The position numbers were made by a program, and so were the translations under genes. From Bugula neritina (lineage: Eukaryota; Animalia; Bryozoa), in NCBI GenBank assembly GCA_964035545.1, contig OZ037772.1:4902233-4966232 (forward strand): 64,000 nt of DNA. The letters are read 5' to 3'. Numbering within the stretch: the first letter of the stretch is position 1; every line of letters begins with the position of its first letter. Below, one piece after another: positions 52,413-64,000 of the stretch. The notes beneath the pieces were generated by a model. That model had not been told where the DNA came from, searched no databases, and was given only the letters and a program-made list of their open reading frames with translations.

Positions 52413-54566
52413 AGGTGAGGCCAAAACTCTTGAGACTCAAAATAATCCGATACATGGAAGAGGAGGCAGGCAGCAAAATATCTAGTGACAGAGATTGTAT
52501 GAAAGCCCACATTCCTAATGTTAGTGAAGATGTAGAGCAATTTATTCAAGAGTTAAGAAACGTAGTGACTATCTCTAAGTGGGCACCTAAGGTTGCACTC
52601 CTACAACAGCGGTTAAGAACTAATGTCCGCAGCATTTTTGCTGCAAACGAGCCCGATTTGGCATATCAGCTATTGATGCCAGGGGTTTGCTTCCAAGGGT
52701 TTAGCGCAAACCATGCACACCCTTGCAAGAGCACGCCACCAAACAGTTGGCACAAATCGCGCATGGCAAATTGTCACCGGCAAACTGAGAGCGTTACACC
52801 TACAGTGCCATTGTGCAATCATTGGGTGACCTAGAACTTCACCACCAATTCCTGCAAAATGGAGTCAAAACAAGGTGAGAAAAGGAGAGGCTCAATTGCA
52901 GGCTAAACAGTTGCACAGGAGCTGTGTGAGCTCTCATCAGGTTGAGACAGAGCTGTTGGACACTACACCCGAGTCTGAACTGACAGCTCACGTAGCCATC
53001 ACCGCAAGCCCTTTTTCAGCCACTGGATTTGCCCACATTACAGAGGTAGTGGAAAAATTAGTGGCAGCACCGGCGCAGTCCCAGATGGTTGGCCTGCTCA
53101 CAGACTCAAAATGTCGAGGCAGACCTTGCCACCGTATGGGCTACCGCATGTTGGGAATGTGGTAGTTGCAGACATCTTTGCAGGGAATGTCTGCAACTCA
53201 TGCGACAGGAGTTAAGCCAGCTTGGCCTATTGCCTTATTTACCAGTCGCAGGTCGGAGGTTACTCACCGGTTGTGAGAGTTGCTTAAAATCTGCAAAGAT
53301 GTCAAGAGTGCCTCCAACCAAATAGCAGGTGCCAAGGAGGACTGGCAAGCTGTACGACAGACGTATTGCTCCTACCTGGTCACTTCAGAACTTTTTTAAT
53401 AGCCTGCAAAAAAGTGGTCTGTTCAAGAAGTAAAACAGCCTCCCGAGTCCAAAGATGTGACTCTGCAACCTCTGAGACAACTTCGTAGCCGTCAGACGCA
53501 TGCCTTGCCCAAACTCAAAACTTCAAAAGCGTTACATGCGGAGGCCGAGAGCGCTAAGAGAATTAAAGTACAACCCTATGGCAGCAGCCAATTTTTGCCA
53601 CTCAAAATACTAGGAAAAACTGCTACCATCCTGCTGAATTTGGGATTTACTAGGAACCTTTTGAGACGTTGACTCTTCAACACACTCAGCATGAAAGACC
53701 AGACTGCACCAAGAGGTATATGACATGTTGGCAGACGAGGCATGCATTCTCGTTTAAGGCATCATTGAGCTTGGTAGTGGAGTCTGAAATCAGGCAAATA
53801 GTGACACCCTTATTGTTAGCCAGCTCGAGAAAGACGCCATCCTTTGGATGTCATTCTTGATGCAACATGAGTGCTATATAGACTTTAGCAAGTCGGCAGT
53901 AGTTATGACTGGATGAAAGCTCACTAGGGAGAGGGTGTTGAGGTAGTGCAAAGCTGCATGATGTATAGACACTCCCGGGCCACGATTCTAGGTTAATTAT
54001 AAGCAGATCTCTCAGCTTGGAGTGGTGGAGGAGGCTCACAAAAGGATCCAACTCGCAAATAGCCTAGACCGGGTAAACCATAGGGGAGATCCTGGTGCAG
54101 TGCGTAGACCCCTTCGCGGAGCCGGTAGAATGAATGGCTGGTGCCATGGGGGGGGCAAGATTTACACTGTGCAGAAAGAAGATGTGGAGCTGTCATTGGG
54201 TGCAATAACATAGGGCTCCAGTAGACCCACCATGGGCAGTAGCGGACCGATCCTAGACCACGGCGCAGACGTTTAAAGACGTGCCTGTGCTGATTGCAGG
54301 AGTAACAGGGAACGCTTGATAATGGTGCAGTTGCTTAGTGAGGACAATGACATGTTTAGTAGTGAGCACCATGACGTGAGCTTAACCAAGGCTGTCTGTC
54401 ATGAAATTTCTCTGGCTGCAAAAATGGTCCCAATCCGGAAGCCTACAAGCAGGTTGGGCCCTGAAAAGAAGTGGTAGGTGAGCCAGCAAGTACACAACCT
54501 TCTGGACCGTGACCTGATAGAGCCAGTACACGGAAGACGGATGGGAGCTGGCAGTTTTGTGTGGAT

Positions 54567-54971
54567 TAGCGCAAGTTAAACAGCGTGACAATACACGACG
54601 CATTCAAAATTATTTAAATATTAAAATTTATTAGTTAATGATGCTAGCATTAACTTTTACTGCTTGCCTACAGACGTTTGTTTTCAAAACTACATCATCG
54701 GCAAAATGACATATATTATAAAAGCAGAAATGCAAACTACATGAAACTGTTTTAATTTAATTTGCTAAAAGCTAAGACGTGAATTAAAATAAAGAAAGTG
54801 TGCTCTCTAAATGATAATAAGCCAAATAGATCAAACACGCACAAGCTTGCTGCACTTCTCACTCACAAGGTTAGACGCATAAACATCCTGCACATGATGT
54901 CTCATTTTTGGGCTAAATTGGTTTTCTTGCACGTCACATGCCTGCAAAACGCGTCAAGTGGCCCTACGCTA
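54567..54971. mobile_element. Small DNA-transposon-like insertion at the deleted Gypsy RT core
   Basis: Ends TAGCGCAAG ... CCTACGCTA (imperfect 9 bp inverted repeat). The Gypsy reading stops at WQFCVD and resumes at NWLTEISVHWQW. Confidence 0.55.
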
Positions 54972-56900
54972 AATTGGCTAACCGAAATAAGCGTCCACTG
55001 GCAGTGGACCCATGAAGAACAGCAAGCGCTCAATGGCCTCAAGTGTAATTGCCTGGTAAAAGCACCTATCTTGGCATAACCCGATCCTGCTAAGGAATAC
55101 ATTCTGGACACTGATGCCAGCAATTACAATGTCGGTGCAGTAATTTTACAGATTCAGGATGGCCGAGATGTGGTCATTTCTTATTACAACAAGGCTCTCT
55201 CTACCGGTAAAAGGAATTACTGCACCGCCAGGAAAAAGCTCCTGGCAATAACTGACGCAGTCAAGCCTTTCCAACCTCACCTAAATGGGAGGATGTTACT
55301 GCTGCAGACGGATCATGCCTTGTTGATATGGCTGTGCAAGAGAGCTTAACCCTCCAGTCAGATTGCATGATGGCTCAAAATCCTGGCCGAGTTTTCCTAC
55401 CAGATCAAATATCGACCAAGATAAAACACGGCAATGCAGACGGGTTGAGCCGGCATCCTGAAAGAGGGTGCAAACACGGACCGCAGTACGCCTCATACGA
55501 GCACATCTGAGACTGTCAACTTCTTGGTGTTAAATCGAGAGATTCGTATCTCAACTACCGGAACTACCATGTTCCAGATTCCCAAAGCTCTGTAGATGTG
55601 TACGTGGAAGAACTAGTAGAGAGAATGAGAGCTGAGCATGAAGTGTTTTGTGAAAGGCACATAAACACTTACATGCAAAGCGTAACTGCATTATAGTCAT
55701 AAAACTATGATAACATTCCCTTCGTCACGCTCCGGCTAACATTTTATTAATCATATAATAATTGTATTAATTGTTTGTGTGTCCCATCACCATGCACTCT
55801 CTCAACATAAAAACTCAATTTCAATTATACTGGGAATTATGTCAGCGTTTCTAAAGTACCTATGACGTATAACTCATCTTAATGTCAATGAAATACGTTT
55901 ATTCATTAACATATTATTTGAAGTTATTCAATGAAATTTGTTAAAAGTCCTATATGTAATTAAGGTTTTTCTAAATAGATAATTGTTTCGTCAGTTTTTT
56001 GATTGCTGCTGATTATGCACTAGTCTTTATGAACGACTAGATTATTGCCTAATTGACCTCCAGGTTATAACTTGTACATTTAACTCATATGTAGCTAATT
56101 ATTTAGGAATAATTTTAATGAAATTAGTTCAATTAACAAAGAAAAGATTTATACTCACATTTATATTATACAGATTTTACATATTGCACACTCCATTCAA
56201 AACAAAAAGAACTGTCGCAATGAAGCTTTGGTCTGCTTGAGCAGCGTTGTTAGGAAGATTATTAAATTAAATAATACAAGCAGTATATAACTTTAATGAT
56301 ATGAATTACACCAATATAATGACTCTAAAGGTTATTTTTTAACAAATGACAACGGTACAGTAACAAGAAAAAATACAGCTGCACAAATAAAATATTAGTC
56401 TAAAAATAATTACAGTGTTTAAAACCAAATCCTCACTCTTCTTTGTAAAGTAATATATAATAATCTTACTGGAATGTCAGAAATAGTAATTAAATTATTA
56501 GGTTCAACTAAGATTGATTTTTAAAAATATTTTGGACAAACAAGTTCAACAGTATATAATTTAAACTCTAAAAATATTTTAATTACTCAGGGCTGATCTA
56601 CACAATTAGTTTATTGGGCCCGTGATAGAACCCTCCCTGTGCCATGAAACTCTCTGAGTTTTAAAAAGTCATTCAATGTTAGCTTGGCTAGGGCAGTATT
56701 GAGCCACTGCAGTTATTTTGACACGGAAATAGAATTACTCTCATGTAAACAGCATTACATTTAGTGAAGCTTGCAATTAATCTTTTTTTATAAATAAGCC
56801 TTTGAAAATAAGATTATTTTTGGCTCTTCGAAAAGGCTGGTGAATTTATTATATGTATCCTAATATTTGATTGGTCAACAGCACTTATTGTCAATCACAG

Positions 56901-57220
56901 ATTGATGGCGGTTTTGGCATGCTGGCAACTATATAATCTAGAGAGCAATTCCTGTGATACTGCACCTAAAACCAACATCGTAAATTACTGGCTGGCTTAA
57001 GCTATAACACAATATTTTTACTTTCTATAATATTAAAAGAAACAATTAATGACTAATGTGAGATATGCAGTTGGTAAAACTGACACTAACTTTGATGATC
57101 CACTAGAAGATGAGATCTGGGACTACCTTCCTGGACAACAACAGCCTGCAGATATATTTCTGGTTACATGTCATACTAGAATGTATGGTAGATATGTGAG
57201 AGTAACAGCTGTTGAAGTAA
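56901..57220 (+). pseudogene. F-type lectin / F5-8C (galactose-binding-like) domain remnant
   Basis: NVRYAVG...LPGQ....FLVTCHTRMYGRYVRVT resembles the fucolectin C-terminal C...MxGRYV motif. Upstream broken frames give IDG and NSCDT..NYW. Confidence 0.5.
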
Positions 57221-57240
57221 ATCACATGCTCCAAACTTTT

Positions 57241-58850
57241 ATAAGCTATAAAACTTTGCAAATATTGCTGGCTTCAAATACCCTTAAAACACATGTAACT
57301 TTATGTTTAATATTATTGATATTACTATAAAGTGTTCAATTGAGATATAAAACTATGTATTGATAAATTATTACATACACATCAATGCAAATGCAAAGTT
57401 ATATAGGCAACTGCAGCTGCATGTACACTGTAACTGCAATGTGCTCTACCCATGCATCATGTTATAAAAGGCATATGTGTATTCAATGGTTATGCTCATA
57501 GTAATAATCTTTACATTGGAGATGCTCATAATGTCATTTTATGCATAATCTCCTTAGATCCATATTTAGCCTAAGGAATTCTCACATATTATTTTGTTAA
57601 CAAAGTTAATGTTGTAGTGCATTATATATATATACCTAATGATGATAGGAGCAAAGGCTATAAAGCTGATAAAATGAAACTGCCTGTTACTTCCCCTGCC
57701 CTTTGCTCACCTAACTACTTACTGCTCTAGCATACCCACCTGCTAATTACTGCCTCTCTACACTACTTAATACTTCAGTACATTTACAATATCAATAGTT
57801 TACTCTGTAGTCTACTGTATGTTTGAGATATTATTTATTTATTTTGTAATTAAAATGGATTTTGTAATAATGAGGTTATAATTCCTTTAATAAATCCAAT
57901 GTTTATATATGGTAGAAGTAAATGCAATATATACATTTTTGATTTAACAGTAACTGAAAATATTTCACTAGCAATAACAAATGGTGTCTAGCACACAATT
58001 AACTGATGATGTTTAAAGACAAATACTATAATTTATGTAGTAAAAATGATAAGTTCTTCAACAAAGTCTAAAGGTGTATCTAGTTATATCTGGGTACAGT
58101 CTAAGTACTATTTGCTGGTGTTTCACTCTGCTGCTTGTATTTTTATCAGCTGAATTTTAGTAGAAATTGGAAGTTGGTTCCAATAAAACAATAATTTACA
58201 TAATATCTGAATAGGCCATAAAACCTTGCTAACTTTGCTGGCTTCCATTGTCATTACAACATATTATGTAACTTTATGTTTAATATTAAAATTACTAAAC
58301 TTTTCATTGAAATATAAAAATATACATTGGTAAATTGTTACATACACATCAATGCAAATGCAAAACTATATAGGCATCTAGGGCTGTGAACACTGTAACT
58401 GCAACGTGTTCTACCCATGCATCATGTTGATAGGAGGCATGTGTGTATTTGATGGTTATATGCTCATAGTAATAATATTTATATTGGAGACGCTGATAAT
58501 GTTATTTTATGCATACTCAACCTATATGCATATCTATAGCCTAAGGAATTTCTTCATTCTGTTTTTTGTGATCAAAGTTGATGTTGTAGTGCACTATATT
58601 TACACAGTGATAATAAGAGCAAAGGCTATAAAACTGGTTAGAAATGAAACTGCCTGTTACTTCCCCTGCCCTTTGCTCACTTATAAACTACTTGCTGCTC
58701 TAGCATACTGACCTACTAACTACTGCCTCCCTACACTACTTATTGCTGCTTCAGTACAACCACCTACCATAGCTACTACATCCATGCCTACAAAGGTGAG
58801 TAGAAACCATATTTTATTTACAGTGTCAACAGCTTACTCTGTAGTCTATA
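57241..58850 (+). repeat. Diverged direct duplication (about 57241-57815 vs 58211-58850)
   Basis: Shared blocks include catacacatcaatgcaaatgcaaa and aaatgaaactgcctgttacttcccctgccctttgctcac. Confidence 0.9.
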
Positions 58851-59120
58851 TGAAGTTGCAAAATAGTCACTGTGTGTCTGCCTCCGCTAGCATGTAAACA
58901 TGTGGCTACTGTCTCTCCCTCTCTCTCTCCCTCTTTTACGCTCCCTCTCTTTCTCCCCTCTCCCTCTTTCTCCCTTTCTCCCTCTTTCTCATACCATATT
59001 CTGCAGCTTACACTCAAAGAGATTTAAATGTATTGATAACCAGTTAATATGTTAGAGTTTGTTTTTTTTAACAAAAACAAGTTTAGTTAGGAATTGAAAA
59101 ATTCTTTATAGATAATAAAG

Positions 59121-59550
59121 AGCAGTGTTTGAACAAATGTGACCTTAACCGCTGCCAATATTGTAAGGTCAACAGTAATGTAGTTTCTGTATATGTAAAT
59201 ACAAATGTGACCTATTTTAATGTCAGAGTGCATTGTAATATAATCACGATACATAATACAAAGGCCATAAAATGATTGGAACGATGAAATGAAACTTCAT
59301 TCTGTTTACTGCTCTACATGCTACTCTGCTAGTATAACTACATCCTAACTACAGTATCACATGACTACTTACTATAACTCTAGTATTGTAATGGGTATGG
59401 AACATGTATGCCCATTCATTCACCAGGCACATAAACACTTAAATGCAAAGCTTAAGTGTATTATAGTCATATAGGTATTATAACATTCCCTTCGTAACGC
59501 TCGCACTAACATTGTAAAATACCGCACTCTCTGCAGTAGTGGCGCAGGGT
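59121..59550 (+). repeat. Local duplication copy 2 of 50862-51290, including a truncated LTR start (59386-59550)
   Basis: See copy 1. Confidence 0.85.
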
Positions 59551-59785
59551 TCCCTCTCTTTCTCATACCATATCCTGCAGCTTACACTCAGAGAGATTTA
59601 GATATATTGTTAAATAGTTAATAATATGCTGATGTACCAGTCTTCTATAAACTGTTTTTTTCATATTCTGAGGTATTGTTTCCCTCCATGTTCTGTAGCA
59701 GGACAATTAATACTTGTGTAAACTGACAAAATGATAGGTATACAAATTAACTATAATGTATGTAATTAATATACAACAATGCAAA

Positions 59786-60541
59786 CACAGGATAGTTAAG
59801 GGCATCCTCAGCAAGAATATCATAAATTTCTCTCAAAATGTAGTTCAGGTTCTTGAATAATATTGCTCTGCGGGTGGCATGCGTGTTGCCTACTTGCAAT
59901 TGTTTAGCCTAAGATTAAACTACAACCAATAAGCAGCAACCTTCATTAGGGCTGCGTCATCTATCAACATTCCATTATGGGTGCTACATAAACAAAGCAC
60001 CAAGCAAGCTATTCATTATAGCCTGCCAGCTAGCAAGCCTGTAATTATTATGTACGCGCCAATATCTTCTCATCCCTACGTGCTCATTGAAGCGTGAAGC
60101 ACTGCGCGCTGCTAGTTTCTTATGAAAAAATATGACATTTTCAGTGTATAAATCACCAATTTATGAGCAATCTAGCAGAGTTATTGGAAAAAGAAAAAAA
60201 GTTGCACTGGAGAAATATATCAGGATTCCAGCAGTGCAATTTTTATTTAGATATCATGTTTTGCTGCTGAGATATTTTACTGGTACTGAAAAGTCAGCTT
60301 TTCTGGCGAAATTGGCCAAAATTGGGCAGTTTTTTGTCTATAACTTTGCAAAAAAAATGAAAATTGAAATTTCCAAAAAAGTTACACTGGGGAAAAAGAA
60401 GATCTACAACATAGTTTTTGAATTTTGACTCTAGCATAATTAGGCGAGATTTTATTTTACTGGTACTGAATTCTTATATGATTACAATGCAAACCTCAGC
60501 AAGGCAGTTGGAGCTAAAAGGTTGCCCTTAACTATCCTGTG
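59786..60541. mobile_element. Non-autonomous DNA transposon with 19 bp perfect TIRs starting CAC (EnSpm/CACTA-like) and an AA TSD
   Basis: aa-CACAGGATAGTTAAGGGCA ... TGCCCTTAACTATCCTGTG-aa. Confidence 0.82.
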
Positions 60542-62127
60542 AACAGAAACAAAACATACTTTTGTCTTCTATATTGACACAGTTGGTTTAAGGTCATACT
60601 TTTCATTTTCTGGCTCTTTGCCAGGTGCTTTATGTTCTATATGAACAATGTTCCACTGATAGCTCGAACAGGTTGAATGTCACAGGAACAAAAAAAATAT
60701 GAAAAGATAAAGAAACTTATGTTCTCCAATATACTTTTTTATTTTTTTCAAAAACCAATTCATGTTTAAGTTATAGCTTGTTGAAAAACATAGTCCCCCT
60801 TCCACATTCTTTTCAATTTATACGCTCCTGACTTGTTATTGTGTCTCAATATGCCTTGTATTTGAGTGCTTGTTAGTCTCGCTTCACTAACTTTGCCTAT
60901 ACTTCACAAGTGCCAGTGCTGCTGGCTCAAAAGCTAAATGTTATAAACTGTCAGCTAAAACCCAATCTTGTATTCCTAGGTTGGTTGGCCTAAATAAAAC
61001 AATAGTCAAATCATGATTTCATGTTTTAAAAATTTACTCTATTCTAACCTGCTGCCTAGCTAGTTCTATTTTTGATGTATAATTACAAAATTTGTGATAA
61101 ATTTTTTTGGCAACCATGTGATTTATAAAATGCAGTAATGGTACTTATAATATTATATTATTGTCATTATAATATATTATATAGTATTATGTGTGTTTTT
61201 ATTATACTGCATAATATCTATTTTATTATTGTTGTTGCGCAAACAAGTGCAATTAACCTAGTTTTCAAAATGTACCTCTAAATTATCAGAATATCAGTTT
61301 AGATATTTTCATGCTTTGTTAGGTAAACCTAAAAAAAGAGGCTGTATTCCTAAAGTAAAGGGTGTTGAACTATGAACTATATTAGATTAGCCACTCTGCT
61401 ACCAAGTGCATCAGTATAATATTATATGAATAGCTCTGATGCTTTGTCTCCGGTGGCTGGCTGCGATATGATAACTTGGCCAACTTCCAAGAGTTTAAAA
61501 TTGGCGCAATTATTCAAGAGGTTACATACTGCACAAAGCTAGCAGTGATAGTAACCTTGCTATTGGCAGTATTTATTACAGCTGCCAGCATATAAGCTGC
61601 ATTGTAGTATGTGTTTGGGTAGGCTACAAAAACCAAATTTTGCTCCATAATATATAATAAACACAGTGCAGCAACATAATTTTTAGTTTCAAACTACATT
61701 GCCACCCTTACATGAGCTGTGGGCTTCATAAAGATTCATATGATTAGAGATTTATGCTATAGGCTAGCTATGATGAAAATAACACACCATTGTCAAAGTT
61801 AACTTCAAGTATGTTGTTTTCCAGAAACTCAGTAATGTCCATTTATCTCTCGAATACAAATACTTATGTAATAGCATACAGTTTAAGTTTTATTTTAGAG
61901 CACATCTGCAAACTCTACAATAAGAGCTTGCTTTACCAGTCTGTTTCAGACCTGTTTTTGTAGCTAGTAATACGCAAGCTACTTATTTTTAAACTTTTGG
62001 GTTATTTGTTCAAAACCATTTGCTTTGACTGCTATCAACATGAATTGACAGCCTAATAATTATAACCCATTTGCGCGCGAAATATTTATGTAATGATAAT
62101 CACTCAAATAGTGCGCGTCTTTGAAAG

Positions 62128-62210
62128 ATGAATGCGTGGTCCAGAGGTTAGAGGCGTCAGCGATAAGTTGGTTGGTCATGGTTCAACCCTGTTTTGTTGC
62201 AATTTTTTTT
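62128..62210 (+). other. tRNA-like head (SINE-like)
   Basis: A-box-like TGGTCCAGAGG and B-box-like GGTTCAACCC, then T8. No full cloverleaf. Confidence 0.35.
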
Positions 62211-63389
62211 GTCAACTTATGCAAATCCTACCCATGTATAATAAATATGGCTATAATTGTAAAGTTTTTTTTTTAACTTTTGTTCAACAGTAAGACAACA
62301 TACATGCATAATAATTAGATACTGAACACTAGACTAAACCTTAAATTGATCTTATAGAATACAATGTACTTAAAATAATCATATGTGAATTAGAGAAACT
62401 GAAAGTATACACCTGCTGCGCTATAGACAGACCTTTACTGACAAGACTGCAAAGTGAAGTGATTTAGCTGAAATTAACTCTGCCAAACAAACAAAGAATT
62501 ATGTTGTGCTGAGGCATTTTCAATATATTATTGTAACATAGTGAGATGATTCAGCTAAGTGCTAATGTAAAACAGGGAACATTATATTGGCAGAAATCCA
62601 ATAGATTGCCAATTTGTGAGAGAGGGTACTATATGTTATTGTGATAGCGCAGAGCGGCAAACGTACTAGGAATGTTATAATTAGTCACAGGAGCGTAGCT
62701 AGAACCACCATATGAAGAATTTAGAAAATTGCAGTGAAACTTGCAAAATGGTGTATGTTTTTACCAAATTGTGAAGAGCATAAACAGAATTTCAAAAAAC
62801 AAAGAAAGTATATTAGAGAAAACATATCAAGGAATGTCAAGTTTAACTTTTAGACTTTATAAAATGAATCCCCTGTGCTACAGCAGTGGAACATGGAGGG
62901 TGTAAAATTTTACTTATTATGCAACAACTTTCTCAGAAAATTTTTTATTGAAAAATTAAAAAAGTATATGAAAGAGGAATGCAAGAGCTATCTTTTCATG
63001 TAAAATTTGTTAACGTGAGACAAAAACTGTTCGAGCTATCCCCTGGAAACCGTTTATATATAACATAAAGCAGTGCTTGAATCTGGAAACTAATGACCTT
63101 AAACTAACTGTGGAATATAACATGTGTAACTTAAAGGCAATCCAAACACACAAAAAACTTACCTTTGTTTCTTTGTGATTGAATGAAGTTAGTCAGCCAA
63201 CAGACTAAAACAGCTAAGCTCAATCAATGCTTGATCTGTTTTCGTTTCTTGAATATTCTAACGTTTTCTTTCTGTTTCCTGCCGCTGATGATGTAATGAT
63301 GTACTGCAGCCTACCTCTTACTTAGTGCACTAACTCTAGGGAGCAAGTAGCAATTCTCAGCCAGCATCACCAGATTCAAACCTCTTCAC

Positions 63390-63525
63390 TCAACGTCATT
63401 GATTGGCTCTATCCCAGAACTAACTCATTCTGATTGCATAGAGATTTTCTTAAAAACTTCTTCACATAGTAAAAGGTTCATGATTGGTCTACACCAACAT
63501 TGGCTCAATGTGATTGGTTGGAATT
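63390..63525 (-). promoter_or_regulatory. Putative promoter: cluster of CCAAT boxes
   Basis: Four ATTGG motifs (near 63402, 63483, 63499 and 63513) in about 120 bp, upstream of a minus-strand GTAAG donor at about 63162. Confidence 0.3.
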
Positions 63526-64000
63526 TATCTTGAGGCATGCTACATCAGTTATATACATATACTGAAGCATTTTCTTAATGCTATGCAGCTATTTCAACAC
63601 ATAGAAAAGCTTAGACTATCATGATATTAGACTACACAATTTTATGCTATAGATGTTGCATGACCTTATCAAAGAGAGATAATAAACAGTCTACAACTTT
63701 ATTAATAGCTATAAGCTCTGGGAAACTGAATGACTAAGTGTTAATTTATTGCTGGAAAATTTTAAATTTTGAAGGAATACAAAATGCTAACTTTATCGGC
63801 ATTGGCAGGGGTGTTTTTTAAACACGAAAACTAATCTACTTCATTATAGCAGCACAATGAATAATGACACTGAGAACTGCATATAGTATATATAAAAGAA
63901 TGCTTATATATAAAAAACTAATAATAACTTATTAAAGTTTGAAAAACAGTGATATCCTAGATCAGTAACACATGGCTCTATATATAGATTATTTTTGTCA

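Larger units (their letters stand above)
51125..55742 (+). mobile_element. Degenerate, internally deleted Ty3/Gypsy LTR retrotransposon
   Basis: 5' LTR at about 51125-51612 (TGTAATGGGT...ACCCTATTA), PBS at 51614-51631, gag (EDVEQFIQE; zinc knuckle CWECGSCRHLCREC at ~53150), protease-like ILLNLG (~53630), RT start WQFCVD (~54550), RNase H YILDTDASNYNVGAV..RNYC..KLLA..TDH (55090-55330), and a partial 3' LTR at 55656-55742. Confidence 0.88.

Overview
AT-rich, intron-containing animal genomic DNA, probably from a marine invertebrate (the taxon is inferred, not determined). The window is mostly transposon debris and microsatellites. The only well-supported host gene is the 3' end of a caspase-family gene (four exons, 1-1312, +). 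It has an atypical QACNT active-site motif and a C-terminal extension of about 80 aa. The most striking structure is a ~4 kb stack at 7.5-11.6 kb, built inside one (TA)n microsatellite and bracketed by a ~680 bp direct duplication. The stack holds three different hammerhead-ribozyme (HHR) retroelement families: a Naiad-type Penelope-like element (GIY-YIG, family A), a second Penelope family (B), and a tandem non-LTR retrozyme array (two monomers of 271 and 251 nt between three type I HHRs). A second (TA)n hub at 47.3-49.9 kb contains family B as a foldback palindrome, a retrozyme remnant, a MITE and a fourth, degenerate HHR. Other elements are a CR1/L2-group LINE with a 3' stem-loop and (CAAGA)n tail, a degenerate R4/Dong element inserted in (TAA)n, an RTE fragment, a deleted Gypsy LTR element with a tRNA-Leu PBS, several MITEs, tRNA-derived SINEs, an F-type-lectin-like remnant and local duplications. 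All alignments, translations and RNA folds were done by eye; no searches were run.
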